From the NCBI GenBank assembly GCA_964016885.1, contig OZ024756.1, forward strand, positions 4,712,001 through 4,776,000: a stretch of 64,000 nucleotides of DNA. Reading direction: 5' to 3'. Shown here one piece after another: positions 24,837-38,669 of the stretch. The DNA is from Eledone cirrhosa (taxonomy: Eukaryota). The stretch's first letter is position 1, and every line of letters begins with the position of its first letter. A model generated the notes under the pieces. That model was not told the origin of the DNA. It worked only from the letters and a program-made list of their open reading frames with translations, and made no database searches. The translations under genes and the position numbers were made by a program.

Positions 24837-25079
24837 CTTTCAGCCATACCGTTTACACATCCACATCTCTGTTAGATCGAAACAACTGGAATTCTAAGTT
24901 GGCAGAGAAAACAATTTAATTCTATCTTGTAAAAGTCCTTATAAACCCACGATGGATTAACAAGCTTATATACATGCACTTATTCTACAGACAAATAATA
25001 CTTAGTCAGCATATTATATAACATAATTATATTTATGCTGTAACATTTAATCTGTAAACTAACAAATTTGATTACCAGT

Positions 25080-25282
25080 ATCATCATCATTGTTCTTTTA
25101 CGTCCGCTTTCCATATTGGCATGGGTTGGACGGGTTGTCACGTTCTGAGGCCTGACCGGTCAGGGGACCACGTATTGTCCATACATTACATATTCGGCAG
25201 TTTCTACGGTCGGGTGCATTTCTTGACACCAGCCACGTTATAGAGTGTAATAGATATATATTTTACCTGGCACCTTCACTAG
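25080..25282 (-). mobile_element. SINE/RTE-tail-type repeat adjoining the minisatellite
   Basis: (CAT)n end, cgtccgctttccat...gcatgggttggacgg; contains a diverged version of the 48-mer. Confidence 0.55.
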
Positions 25283-28200
25283 CACTTTACAGAGTGCACA
25301 GGGTGCATTTTATCATGACAGCAATACTACGACTTTACAGAGTGCACAGGGTGTATTTTATCATGACACCAACACTACCACTTTACAGAGTGAACAGGGT
25401 GCATTTTATCATGACACCAACACTACCACTTTACGGAGTGAACAGGGTGCATTTTATCATGGCACCAGCACTAACACTTTACAGAGTGCACAGGGTGCAT
25501 TTTATCATGGACCCAGCACTACCACTTTACAGAGTGCACTGGGTGTATTTTATCATGTCACAAGCACTACCACTTTACTGAGTGCACTGGGTGTATTTTA
25601 TCAAGACACCAACACTACCACTTTACAGAGTGCACTGGGTGTATTTTATCATGATACCAACACTACCACTTTACAGAGTGTACTGGGTGTATTTTATTAT
25701 GACACCAACACTACCACTTTACAGAGTGTACTGGGTGTATTATATCATGACACCAACACTACCACTTTACAGAGTGTACTGGGTGTATTTTATTATGACA
25801 CCAACACTACCACTTTACAGAGTGTACTGGGTGTATTTTATCATGACACCAACACTACCACTTTACAGAGTGTACAGGGTGCATTTTATCATGGCACCAG
25901 CACTAACACTTTACAGAGTGTACTGGGTGTATTTTATTATGACACCAGCACTACCACTTTACAGAGTGCACTGGGTGTATTTTATCAAGACACCAACACT
26001 ACCACTTTACAGAGTGCACTGGGTGTTTTTTATCATGATACCAACACTACCACTTTACAGAGTGTACTGGGTGTATTTTATTATGACACCAACACTGCCA
26101 CTTTACAGAGTGTACTGGGTGTATTATATCATGACACCAACACTACCACTTTACAGAGTGTACTGGGTGTATTTTATTATGACACCAACACTACCACTTT
26201 ACAGAGTGTAGTGGGTGTATTATATCATGACACCAACACTACCACTTTACAGAGTGTAGTGGGTGTATTATATCATGACACCAACACTACCACTTTACAG
26301 AGTGTACTGGGTGTATTTTATCATGACACCAACACTATCACTTTACAGAGTGTACAGGGTGCATTTTATCATGACACCAACACTACCACTTTACAGAGTG
26401 TACTGGGTGTATTTTATTATGACACCAACACTACCACTTTACAGAGTGTACTGGGTGTATTATATCATGACACCAACACTACCACTTTACAGAGTGTACT
26501 GGGTGTATTTTTATCATGACACCAACACTACCACTTTACAGAGTGTAGTGGGTGTATTATATCATGACACCAACACTACCACTTTACAGTGTGTACTGGG
26601 TGTATTTTATCATGACACCAACAGTACCACTTTACAGAGTGTACAGGGTGCATTTTATCATGACACCAACACTACCACTTTACAGAGTGTACTGGGTGTA
26701 TTTTATTATGACACCAACACTACCACTTTACAGAGTGTACTGGGTGTATTTTATTATGACACCAACACTACCACTTTACAGAGTGTACTGGGTGTATTAT
26801 ATCATGACACCAACACTACCACTTTACAGAGTGTACTGGGTGTATTTTATTATGACACCAACACTACCACTTTACAAGTGTACTGGGTGTATTTTATCAT
26901 GATACCAACACTACCACTTTACAGAGTGTACTGGGTGTATTATATCATGATACCAACACTACCACTTTACAGAGTGTACTGGGTGTATTATATCATGATA
27001 CCAACACTACCACTTTACAGAGTGTAGTGGGTGTATTATATCTTGACACCAACACTACCACTTTACAAGTGTACTGGGTGTATTTTATCATGATACCAAC
27101 ACTACCACTTTACAGAGTGTACTGGGTGTATTTTATCATGTCACCAGTTCTACCACTTTACAGAGTGTACAGGGTGTATTTTATCATGACACCAACACTA
27201 CCACTTTACAGAGTGTACTGGGTATATTATATCATGACACCAACACTACCACTTTACAAGTGTACTGGGTGTATTTTATTATGACACCAACACTACCACT
27301 TTACAGAGTGTACTGGGTGTATTTTATTATGACACCAACACTACCACTTTACAAGTGTACTGGGTGTATTTTATTATGACACCAACACTACCACTTTACA
27401 GAGTGTACTGGGTGTATTTTATTATGACACCAGCACTACCACTTTACAAGCGTAGTGGGTATATTTTATCATGACACCAACACTACCACTTTACAGAGTG
27501 TACTGGGTGTATTTTATCATGTCACCAGTTCTACCACTTTCCAGAGTGTAGTGGGTGTATTTTATCATGTCACCAGTTCTACCACTTTACAGAGTGTAGT
27601 GGATGTATTTTATCATGACACCAACACTACCACTTTACAGAGTGTACTGGGTGTATTTTATCATGTCACCAGTTCTACCACTTTACAGAGTGTACTGGGT
27701 GTATTTTATCATGACACCAACACTACCACTTTACAGAGTGTAGTGGATGTATTTTATCATGTCACCAGTTCTACCACTTTACAGAGTGTAGTGGATGTAT
27801 TTTATCATGTCACCAGTTCTACCACTTTACAGAGTGTAGTGGATGTATTTTATCATGTCACCAGTTCTACCACTTTACAGAGTGTACTGGGTGTATTTTA
27901 TCATGACACCAACACTACCACTTTACAGAGTGTAGTGGATGTATTTTATCATGTCACCAGTTCTACCACTTTACAGAGTGTAGTGGATGTATTTTATCAT
28001 GTCACCAGTTCTACCACTTTACAGAGTGTAGTGGATGTATTTTATCATGTCACCAGTTCTACCACTTTACAGAGTGTACAGGGTGTATTTTATCATGACA
28101 CCAACACTACCACTTTACAGAGTGTAGTGGATGTATTTTATCATGTCACCAGTTCTACCACTTTACAGAGTGTAGTGGATGTATTTTATCATGTCACCAG

Positions 28201-28673
28201 TTCTACCACTTTACAGAGTGTAGTGGATGTATTTTATCATGTCACCAGTTCTACCACTTTACAGAGTGTAGTGGATGTATTTTATCATGTCACCAGTTCT
28301 ACCACTTTACAGAGTGTAGTGGATGTATTTTATCATGTCACCAGTTCTACCACTTTACAGAGTGTAGTGGATGTATTTTATCATGTCACCAGTTCTACCA
28401 CTTTACAGAGTGTAGTGGATGTATTTTATCATGTCACCAGTTCTACCACTTTACAGAGTGTAGTGGATGTATTTTATCATGTCACCAGTTCTACCACTTT
28501 ACAGAGTGTAGTGGATGTATTTTATCATGACACCAGTTCTACCACTTTACAGAGTGTAGTGGATGTATTTTATCATGTCACCAGTTCTACCACTTTACAG
28601 AGTGTAGTGGATGTATTTTATCATGTCACCAGTTCTACCACTTTACAGAGTGTAGTGGATGTATTTTATCATG
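25283..28673. repeat. 48-bp tandem minisatellite, about 70 units
   Basis: Unit e.g. TTACAGAGTGTAGTGGATGTATTTTATCATGTCACCAGTTCTACCACT repeated head-to-tail without spacers. Confidence 0.97.
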
Positions 28674-29744
28674 GTGGTTAACTATGCGACCCCTATTCAG
28701 GCTTCATGCTCATCATGGCGTTATTTGTGAGGGCCGTATGGTATTATGACCTGTGATATGACTTGGCGTGTGTGGATGTGTAATGTGCAGTAATAAATGC
28801 GGGCTTAGTAATTTTCTTAGTGTGATCAGAGCAAGAAATGTCAAAAGGTAGTCTTGCCAGCTTGCCAAGCTGTAAATATGAATTAATTTATTTAGGGATA
28901 TCGGGAGAATATCTAAGAGAAAAGGACGAATGACTGGAGAAGGGGGCGCAAAGTATAGGCTTTGACTAGGGCGCTGACTGATGAGCTAAATGAACTATTG
29001 AGCTAAATGGTCCCTGACAACATCATAAAACAGCACTATGACCTAATCACGTTAAAAAGTAAAGTATTTCCTCAACTAGTGCGAATTTCCACAACGATCT
29101 AACCAGTAGTAATAGCACAATAAAGATTTGAATTAACAACCTATTTCGGGATAGTTTTTGCTAAATATTTTACAGAGTTTAACAGATTTTGACCTCTGAT
29201 TTGGAATTAATCTTCTCTCAGGCTCTGGGATTCTTTTCTTTTTTTAGCAGACAGTCACGTGATATTCTTAATTATGTCTGACGTGGATATTGATGTAATA
29301 GGATTTTCCATTGACACTAGGATGTGAATGTGTTCGTAGCTTACGTATATTAACTGCCATGCTTTCATTGTATACACTATAATAATATTTGTTATGTCAG
29401 TATTCATTTTTCGTATTCATTGATGTTCTGTAAGTTTCTGGTATGCAAAATATTTCTCACAACTAGTCTTCTACACAAATTTTCAGTTATTCCTTAATCG
29501 TGAAGCTTTATAATTGTTTAAAGAAATGTCTTTTTCAATGTCGACCAACAGTTTGGCGCTGTTGTATCCAAGAATGGAACATTTTAAATATAGCAGAATT
29601 CATGTTTCCAATTTTAAAATTTCTGAATGCACCAGTAGTGTATGTAGCTATTTTAGTTGTCTATATATTATATCTTTTTTCGTTTCAATGGCTGACAATA
29701 CCTTACCGGCGCCACTCGAATAAGGTAATTATTTAACCCATAAA

Positions 29745-29893
29745 TGGGGCCCTAACTGGTACTACTACTCCGGGCCAGAGCAGACCTGGGAGTGATAACA
29801 AATAAGGATAACTCCACATCCCCTACAGCTCTTGAACTCCCTTGCCACTGGAGCCTTGCCACTGGATGCAGTTTAATGTAATACTCAGGACAG
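29745..29893 (+). mobile_element. probable dispersed repeat fragment
   Basis: actactccgggccagagcagacctgggag...gatgcagtttaatgtaatactcaggaca resembles a repeat I recall from octopus DNA; single copy here, so unverified. Confidence 0.35.
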
Positions 29894-30583
29894 AATCTCG
29901 GGAATTTTACCCGCCCTAGATAGATATATTATATAGTTAGTGATGGATGAATTGATATAAAACTTAACGGGTTACGGAAATTATTCAATTAAAGATAGGT
30001 CAATATTGTAAACAAATGATATTAATGCATGCATAGTCCCGTAACTCCTAAAGGAGTCGTAGGGCACTGTATTAGCATACGGCGTTTCTAGAGCATGTTA
30101 AAACCTGGTAGGGCTCATCTCCTTTCCATGTCTGAGTACAGAAGATTTCTTCCAGAGAAGAATAGAAAGTGAGAGAAGGAAATAGAGGAAGAATCGATCC
30201 TAGTACTTGACTGGTACTTTTTGATTGACCTCGAATGGATGAAAGGTAAAGTTGATCTTGGTGGGTTTGTTACACCAAGCATTGTTGTTTTGTTTCTAAA
30301 GTGTGGAACAGCTGGGACATGAAAAGTTCAGAGAAACTAGCCAAAACGTAAGAGACTAGAAATATATGTCAAAACGTTAATTTGGATGACCTTCAGAAAG
30401 TTTTCTTTGTTTTTTCCAACACTAAGCTTGGACTCGCAACACATTTTGTTAAAGTGATATATAAATTGTAAACTGAAATGTATTTGTTCAGATCAATGTT
30501 GTGAAGGTTAAGAAATCTATTTTGTAGGTCTTCTTATCGGAAGATTGGTTTTAAGAGATGAGAGATTTGAAGGTGAGTTGAAT

Positions 30584-30888
30584 AATTGTTTCTACTTTTG
30601 GCACAAGGCCAGCAATTACCCCAGAGGTACTTTATTTTATCGACCCCATAAGGATGAAAGGATGAAAGGCAAAGTTAACCTCGGCGGGATTTGAAGGTGA
30701 GTTAAATAATTGTTTCTACTTTTGGCACAAGGCCAGTAATTACCCAGTGCATTACTGGTACTTTATTTTATCGACCCCGTAAGGATGAAAGGCAAAGTTA
30801 ACCTCGGCGGGATTTGAACTCAGAATGGCAAGGGCCGTAACTATGCGTCAAAGCATGGCGTCCGACTCTCTACCGATACTGCCAATCC
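30584..30888 (-). mobile_element. tRNA-derived SINE with duplicated 3' half
   Basis: Partial copy 30584-30694 plus near-full copy 30709-30888; flanking repeat gagttaaataat. Confidence 0.85.
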
Positions 30889-32671
30889 GAGTTAAATAAT
30901 GATAAGAAAGTTGTGAGGAAAACTTTCAAATATTTAATGGGGAATTTGACTGCTTGCGACAACCATAATTAAATGCAAAAATATATAATGGGATGTATTT
31001 CATTATAACTATTATAACTATTAATCATATATATTTAATTATAACTAATTATAGCTAATTATAGCTATTAATCATAGTCTATTTTGTAGCGATTTAAAAA
31101 TAAAATTTTTTTCACCTTTTTACATTTTACTTTCGAATATTAACTAAGTCCAGATGGTAGAGCATCGGATAAAATATCTTTTCAGTATTTGATCCGGCTT
31201 TTTACATTCTGAGTTCAAATCTCACCGAAGTCACGTCTCTCCTTCGCCCCAAATGTGTTAGTCTGGTGCCTATATTGGTAATCAATATTAACTAAGTTTG
31301 ACCTTAAAATTTAGAAAGTAATTCTATAGTATAAGGAATCATCAACTGCATCCAAGGTCTCGGAGGTCCCAATGTTATCGTAGGGGTGTCATTATGATAT
31401 ACGGCGTGGTTTGGACATTTTAATCCCTAGGGCAGCCCATTCCTCCCCAGGTCTGAAAACAGAGCAGATTTCTTCTAGAAAATGAGAGAGAGAGGGGTGA
31501 TGTGTGGAGGAGTATCGACCTTCAGTAAAAACTTGATACTTTATTTATCAATCACGAAAGAATGAAATGCAAGATTTGTCGGGATGGAATTTGAACCCTG
31601 GGTGCATAGAGCCGGAACGAATACCATACTGCAAAGCATTCTACTGAGTCGTCAAGTATGAAATTTGTAGAAAAATTTGTTTTTTTTCTACAGGATGTTT
31701 ACAAATTTCATACTTGACAATCCAATATCATGTGATCTAACGACTCTACCAATACGCCGTCTTGAATATGAAGTATGCTTCAATTAACGACAGGACTAGA
31801 GGGTGGAGAAAGAAAATAGAAGAAAAAGAAAAATACGCGGGAAGAAATGATTGAAAGACTGGTAAGTAGAAGGTTGGAGATAACAATACAAAGCACATGA
31901 TATAACTAGTAAAATACTGGTGGTTAATAAATATCACCCATGACCTGGTGCAGGATTGACAAGGAAATACGAGTGTAATATTTGGCCATGAGAACTAGCT
32001 CTGTCATTATCACGTCAGAATTAATTGTGTAAAGAGCACATTCGGGTATAAAGAACTCACAGTTTAGTACAAAACCTATAAAAGGGACAAAAGCTCGTAA
32101 ATACAGGGAATTTCTCCGTTTCTTGTTAAAGAAAAACTTTAAACCCAGCCCACCACAAACAAAAAAACAAAAACAAAAAACAACAAAAAAAACTAAACGT
32201 AATTCACTCATTAAAACTCCCTAATATTTAAGTAAAGAAATTCAGTCACCAGGTCTTTACATAATTAAGGACCTTAACTTAAATTTACACTACATCACGA
32301 AGGACGAAACACTTAATCAAACAAGAAAAACTACTCGTTTCGCGCCTACTGTCGGATCAATTAGACGGCTAATTGGAGTAATTCAGATGGAAGATATTGA
32401 CCTGTATCAGATATTAGTTATTGACCTGTGTAAAATATAACTTTCATTCAGTGATCTTGTATACCTGTACGGTTGTTATTTCCCCTGAACAAGGTAGCCT
32501 CTATATGGTCACTCAACATACCAGAAACAGCAACAAACATTTCCCTGCCATCTTAAAAAGACCACATTACGTAACGCAGTCTTGGTTAGGGTCCCTAAAA
32601 GAAATTGTGTGTGATTGCTTTCGGGCCTGTAAGTAAGAAGGACCCCTTTCGAGGTTCAAAAGGGATGGGTG

Positions 32672-32711
<40 letters not shown>

Positions 32712-33272
32712 GTTTTGAGCAGGGTGGCAGAAGGGTAGAAGAATTTTTACAAACACTTGTCGAAAGTGTCCCGGCTGTTCCGGTTGCCCTCCACCATCAA
32801 GACCTCACAAAAGACGGGGACAATCATAGCTAGAAAGCCTAAGATTAAAAGTATACCATTGAGGGCTGATCCATGACGAAACAACAACGACAGTAACGAA
32901 ATAAATTTCATAAATCGCAGCAATATTTACATATAAGTATTTTAAAATTTATCCTTAATTAGCAGGAACTAATTAAGGTTGTGATCGACTAAATCAAAGC
33001 GTTGCTTCAGTATGGCCACAGTCTAATGACTAAAATTAGTAAACATATACATGCTATGTTAGAAAAAAGAAATGCAGAGTTTAAATAATCGGGAATTCCC
33101 CAAACTGTAAAGTAGATGGGGATTTCACGAAACACTTGATAAATATAGTTTATGAGTCTTAACATTCTCATTACAAATCCACGAGATTTCATGTAAACGG
33201 AATGAAACGAGAGTAGGAAGACGAGAACAGTCGGCGAATAATCTACGTTTTCTTAATTAATTATATCAATAA

Positions 33273-33460
33273 CTGTTTCTACTTTTGGCACAAGGCCAGC
33301 AATTATCCAGTGTATTACTGGTACTTTATTTTATCAACCCCATAAGGATGAAAGGCAAAGTTAACCTCGGCGGGATTTGAACTCAGAATGGTAAGGGCCG
33401 TAACTCTATACGTCAAAGTATGGCGTCGGACCTTCTACCGATACTGCCAATCCACTGCCC
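33273..33460 (-). mobile_element. full-length tRNA-derived SINE (Deu/Nin-like central domain)
   Basis: B-box gagttcaaatcc, domain gcctttcatcct...gataaaataaagtaccag; 16-bp TSD ttaattatatcaataa at 33257-33272 and 33461-33476. Confidence 0.9.
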
Positions 33461-33976
33461 TTAATTATATCAATAATGAAAGAAAAAGGGAGAAGGAGTA
33501 AAGAAGGGCAGATCTTGCTGTATAGGACATTAAAGAAAAGGAGTATAAATGCCATGAATGAGAAGAAAAGGAAGGAAAGAGTATTAGGTCACGGAAGAAA
33601 GAGAGGGGAAAAGTAAGGATGACAAGCTCTACGTCATAGTGGGGGGGGGGGCGGGGGTGTTTCGGCTGCGCTCGACGGACAAAACTGCAAAGGCATTTCC
33701 GCGGACAATGTCAGCGACACCCGCTACAAAAACCACCCCATCTCACGGGGCTCCTTCCTCTGACGGGATGCTGACAGACAAAGTTGTTTGAGCATAGTGG
33801 AGAAGGAATCCTAAGCGGTATTTGTTTTAGCTATCTACTAGCAGAATGGCCCGGCGTTGCTCTAGGGTTCTTATATATTTGATATATATATATCCTTCTC
33901 GAGCCGCGTGAAATAAGTACGTTTGTTTATATTTTGTTATTGTGTATGCAAAAATATCTGTACACTAATATATAAT

Positions 33977-34010
<34 letters not shown>

Positions 34011-34172
34011 ATTATATATATATATTTATTTATTATATATATATATTAGGGTAAATATTGATGCAATTCAATTCAAGCACTCAACGTACTTTTTCCACAT
34101 AGGGGTGACGGAGTAAATATCGAATAAGGAAAAGCGAAGTAGTTTCAGATGTTCAAGTCCTTTAATAATAAT

Positions 34173-34358
34173 TGTTTCTACTTTAGGCACAAGGCCAGCA
34201 ATTACCCAGTGCATTACTGGTACTTTATTTTATCGACCCCGTAAGGATGAAAGGCAAAGTCAACCTCGGCGGGATTTGAACTCAGATCGTAAAGGGACGT
34301 AACTATGCTGGAAAGCATGGCGTCCGACCCTCTACCGATACTGCCAATCTACCGCCCT
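34173..34358 (-). mobile_element. full-length tRNA-derived SINE
   Basis: Same family as 33273-33460; flanking repeat tcctttaataataat. Confidence 0.9.
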
Positions 34359-34453
34359 AACTCCTTTAATAATAATGCTGTGATATATATTTCAATGACG
34401 ACACTGGCCACACTGTTCTGTGTGCGAGTGTCGTGTTATCATCAGGCAGCTTG

Positions 34454-34517
<64 letters not shown>

Positions 34518-34629
34518 CGAAGGAATTGTGGTAAGAAACCAGATGGACCATAACGCACCAAAGTACTCAATACTTAGGGTAGTAGAGTGGGTCATACTTG
34601 TTCCTATATATATATATATATATATATAT

Positions 34630-34938
34630 TACTAAAACAGAGAATGTCTGTTTGTCTGTCTGTCTGTATGTATGTGTGTCCAATCACTAAAACTCGAGAA
34701 CCACCCAACCGAGTTTTTTCAAACTTTACACATGTAATACTTATGGTCCCGTGAGTATTTTGAGCAATAATTATTTCAAATTTCCAATGCCCTAGGGACT
34801 ACATTAGGCGATTTAGCGATCTCTCTCTGTAATTCTTAGTCTTTCTCTTTTTAGATAGATACATAGCATAGATATAACGTTGCGCCCTTATAATATCTGT
34901 CTGAATGCTTGGCTGTCTGCATTACGTCATTATGACGC

Positions 34939-34990
<52 letters not shown>

Positions 34991-35135
34991 GTTTGTGTAT
35001 ATATATATATATATATATATATAGTGTGTAACGTTTTTCGAAATATTTACTTCTGCGTTCACAGATTTATTATTTTAGTTTCAGAAGATCCCGTTAAGGG
35101 TGAAAGCACCGATTTTTTGCTTAAACTTTAATCTA

Positions 35136-35207
<72 letters not shown>

Positions 35208-35576
35208 TCGTGTATATATATATATATATATATTCGAATATATATATATATTCGTGTACAGATATTTTTGCATACACATATAAACAAAAGTATTTATTTC
35301 GCGATAAAGTATTGATTTTCTTCGAACGGGATAAAACCCTGGTAATATACGACGAACTTTTTTTATAAGTACAAAATGTAGACACCAACCCGAGGCCGAG
35401 GTATTCCGTACTTCTGTGTACAGTAATTTCTATATTCGTGTACAGATATTTTTGCATACACAATAACAAAATATAAACAAACGTATATACTTCACGAGGC
35501 TCGATAAGGATAAATATATATCAAATATATAAGAACTCTAGAGCAAATCCCGAGCAACGCCGGGCCATTCTGCTAG
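34630..35576 (+). mobile_element. non-autonomous Helitron-like element
   Basis: Ends cccgagcaacgccgggccattctg-CTAG|T (subterminal hairpin plus CTRR); no TSD; several copies in the window. Confidence 0.7.
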
Positions 35577-35872
35577 TATATATTAAAATAACAGATTAAA
35601 GTTTAAGCAAAGAATCGCTGCTTTCACCCTTAACGGGATCTTCTGAAACTAAAATAAAAAATCAATCTGTGAACGCAGAAGTAAATATTTCGAAAAACGT
35701 TATACACTATATATATATATATACACACACACTATATATACATATATACAAACACACACAGACACACACATACAGCTACATCATAATGTCGTAATGCAGA
35801 CAGCCAGGCATACAGACAGATATTATAAGGGCGCAACGTTATATCTATGTATCTATCTATAAAGGGAAAGAC

Positions 35873-35913
<41 letters not shown>

Positions 35914-36049
35914 TAAATTGCCTAATGCGGTCCCTCGGGCATTGAAAATTTGAAATATTTTTGGCTCAAAACACTGACAGCACCATAAGTATTACATGTG
36001 TAAAGTTTGAAAACAATCGGCTGGGTGGTTCTCGAGTTTTAGTGATTGT

Positions 36050-36080
<31 letters not shown>

Positions 36081-36474
36081 TTCTCTGTTTGTGTAACATA
36101 GATGATCTGAGTTCAAGATACCACTGAGGTCAACTTTCCCATTCTTCAGCCTAAATAAAGTAGTAATTCTCTACTAAGGAGGATACTTTCCCACCTGCAA
36201 TTTGTTCATAACTAATTAGCGATGCCCACGCCTGAAATGGGATGGTCTGCAGCAGGTTTAAAATACCGAAGACACGCCATGTATGACAACGGCGCCAGTG
36301 CGTCTCCATCGATTGTTTGGGAACCACAAGGCAGGAAAGATGGGAAAAAAAGTTTAAGAAGTTATTCTATTTCATAAATCAAGACCTTCACTTCGTATAC
36401 TTTCACCAGAGAAATAAATTGTGAATTATATATATATATATGGATGTGTATATATATATACATATATATATGGA

Positions 36475-36533
<59 letters not shown>

Positions 36534-36613
36534 ATGTGTATATATATATATATATGGATGTGTATATATATACATATATATATGTATATATATATATATA
36601 TGGATGTGTATAT

Positions 36614-36647
<34 letters not shown>

Positions 36648-36648
<1 letters not shown>

Positions 36649-36855
36649 ACGAAGGAAATGTGGTAAGGAACCAGGTGGACCATAACGCACCAAAGTACTC
36701 AATACTTGAGGTAGTAGAGTGGGTAATAGGAACCAGTAAGACCCCGACAGCTGAGCTCAAGCCGTTTCGACGGCTAATTCTGGACTAAATGACGCATTTA
36801 GTCCAGAATTAGCCGTCGAAACGGCTTGAGCTCAGCTGTCGGGGTCTTACTGGTT

Positions 36856-36860
<5 letters not shown>
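36648..36860 (-). mobile_element. PLE tail with perfect 135-bp hairpin (36726-36860) containing half hammerheads
   Basis: 66-bp perfect arms, 3-nt loop; each arm reads GAAAC ggcttgagctcagct GTC ggggtc outward; tail matches 34516-34595. Confidence 0.7.
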
Positions 36861-36908
<48 letters not shown>

Positions 36909-36942
36909 ATGTGTATAGATATACACATATATATATATATGG

Positions 36943-37032
<90 letters not shown>

Positions 37033-37037
37033 GTATG

Positions 37038-37104
<67 letters not shown>

Positions 37105-37185
37105 GTATATATATATATATGGATGTATATTTATATATATACATATATATGTATATACATATATATGTATATATATATATGTATA

Positions 37186-37777
37186 CTAGCATTAAAGCCC
37201 GGCGTTGCTCGGGGTCAGTAAGTTACCAAAGTTAGGTTGCACCACCCATTTTATGGCAGCACTTTTTTGTCTGCCAGGCACTGGGTGAATGAATTGCAGA
37301 CCTGGACTGCCGAAGCAGGAGCTGCGCCAGCAGTGACAATTGTAGTTTCGCCTATGGATATTATCTCTGTGCAAAGAAGTGTTGAAATTTATTGTTTCAC
37401 AGTACTTGCGCAACACGCGCGTAGACGATGCCAACCGAACAACAGAGCTGCGATGGAGTTGTTCTGCATGGTTGTCTAATGTGTGTTTTCTAAATTTAAA
37501 ACAGTAGAGAAAGGTGAGATATGGGGGAGAGTTAGCTGCTGTTTCTAGCAGGTTTAGTGAACCCATAGAGTATATTATTGTGTATAGTAAATAAATTGAT
37601 ACTTCTTTCTTCCACGTTCGTTGAGAGATGTTTTAAAAAAGATTTATCGCTATTTTTTGTTGTTGTTGAATAAATTTATCTGTTGCTTTTGAATAATTGT
37701 TGTTTCGTATGAAATGTAATAATCTTTGTTGTCATTGAAGTAAATAAATGTTTGACCGTTCCACACTCAAAAACAAA

Positions 37778-37848
<71 letters not shown>

Positions 37849-38158
37849 GCGTTCCTAAAGGAAGTTTGTAAGTTTAAGCGTATATAAGAGAAAGTTGCAG
37901 CATGTATGTAGTTTTATCGAATTTTAAGTGGGATGTAGAGAGAGGTAAGCAGATTCTATTGGAAGGGTAAAGCGTCATGTATTTAGTTTTATCGATTATT
38001 TCCGTAATTGTGGGTGAGTTTGAAATAAATAAATAGTCGTTGACCTAAGTTAGACCATTTACAACATTCTTACAGACATTCAGTCGGATCGGTTTGAAAT
38101 TGTGCAAATGTATAAAATTGAAACATACATACAGACACAAAAATCTGCCTTTTATAGA
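37186..38158 (-). mobile_element. Helitron-like element (different body, same 3' end type)
   Basis: Minus strand ends ccgagcaacgccgggctttaatg-CTAG|T and starts near TCTATAAAAGGCAG; body includes (CT)n and a SINE fragment. Confidence 0.5.
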
Positions 38159-38159
38159 T

Positions 38160-38335
38160 AATTGTTTCTACTTTAGGCACAAGGCCAGCAATTACCCAGT
38201 GCATTACTGGTACTTTATTTTATCGACCCCGTAAGGATGAAAGGCAAAGTCAACCTCGGCGGGATTTGAACTCAGATCGTAAAGGGACGTAACTATGCTG
38301 GAAAGCATGGCGTCCGATCCTCTACCGATACTGCC
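38160..38335 (-). mobile_element. tRNA-derived SINE
   Basis: Nearly identical to 34173-34358. Confidence 0.9.
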
Positions 38336-38405
38336 ATGATGATGATATATATATGTATATATATATGTATATACACACATACTCACACACACATATATAT
38401 ATATG

Positions 38406-38436
<31 letters not shown>

Positions 38437-38669
38437 GTATATATATGTATATATATATATATGTATGTATATATATGTATATGTATATGTATACATACAT
38501 ACACACACACTCACACACACACATATATATACATATATATATGTATATATATATGTATATATATATGTATATATATATATATGTATATATATATGTATAT
38601 ATATGTATATGTATACATACACACACACACACACACACGCACACACACACCCACACATATATATATATA

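Larger units (their letters stand above)
33838..36095 (-). mobile_element. non-autonomous Helitron split by nested inserts
   Basis: 3' half 33838-33980 ends in hairpin plus CTAG; 5' half at 35580-36095; the internal (TA)n holds several younger inserts. Confidence 0.65.

Noticed and set aside
25283-28673. CRISPR array or repetitive protein gene (ORFs of 209, 254 and 408 aa)
   Set aside because: There are no unique spacers and no cas genes. The ORFs are open only because 48 is a multiple of 3, and indels shift the frame.
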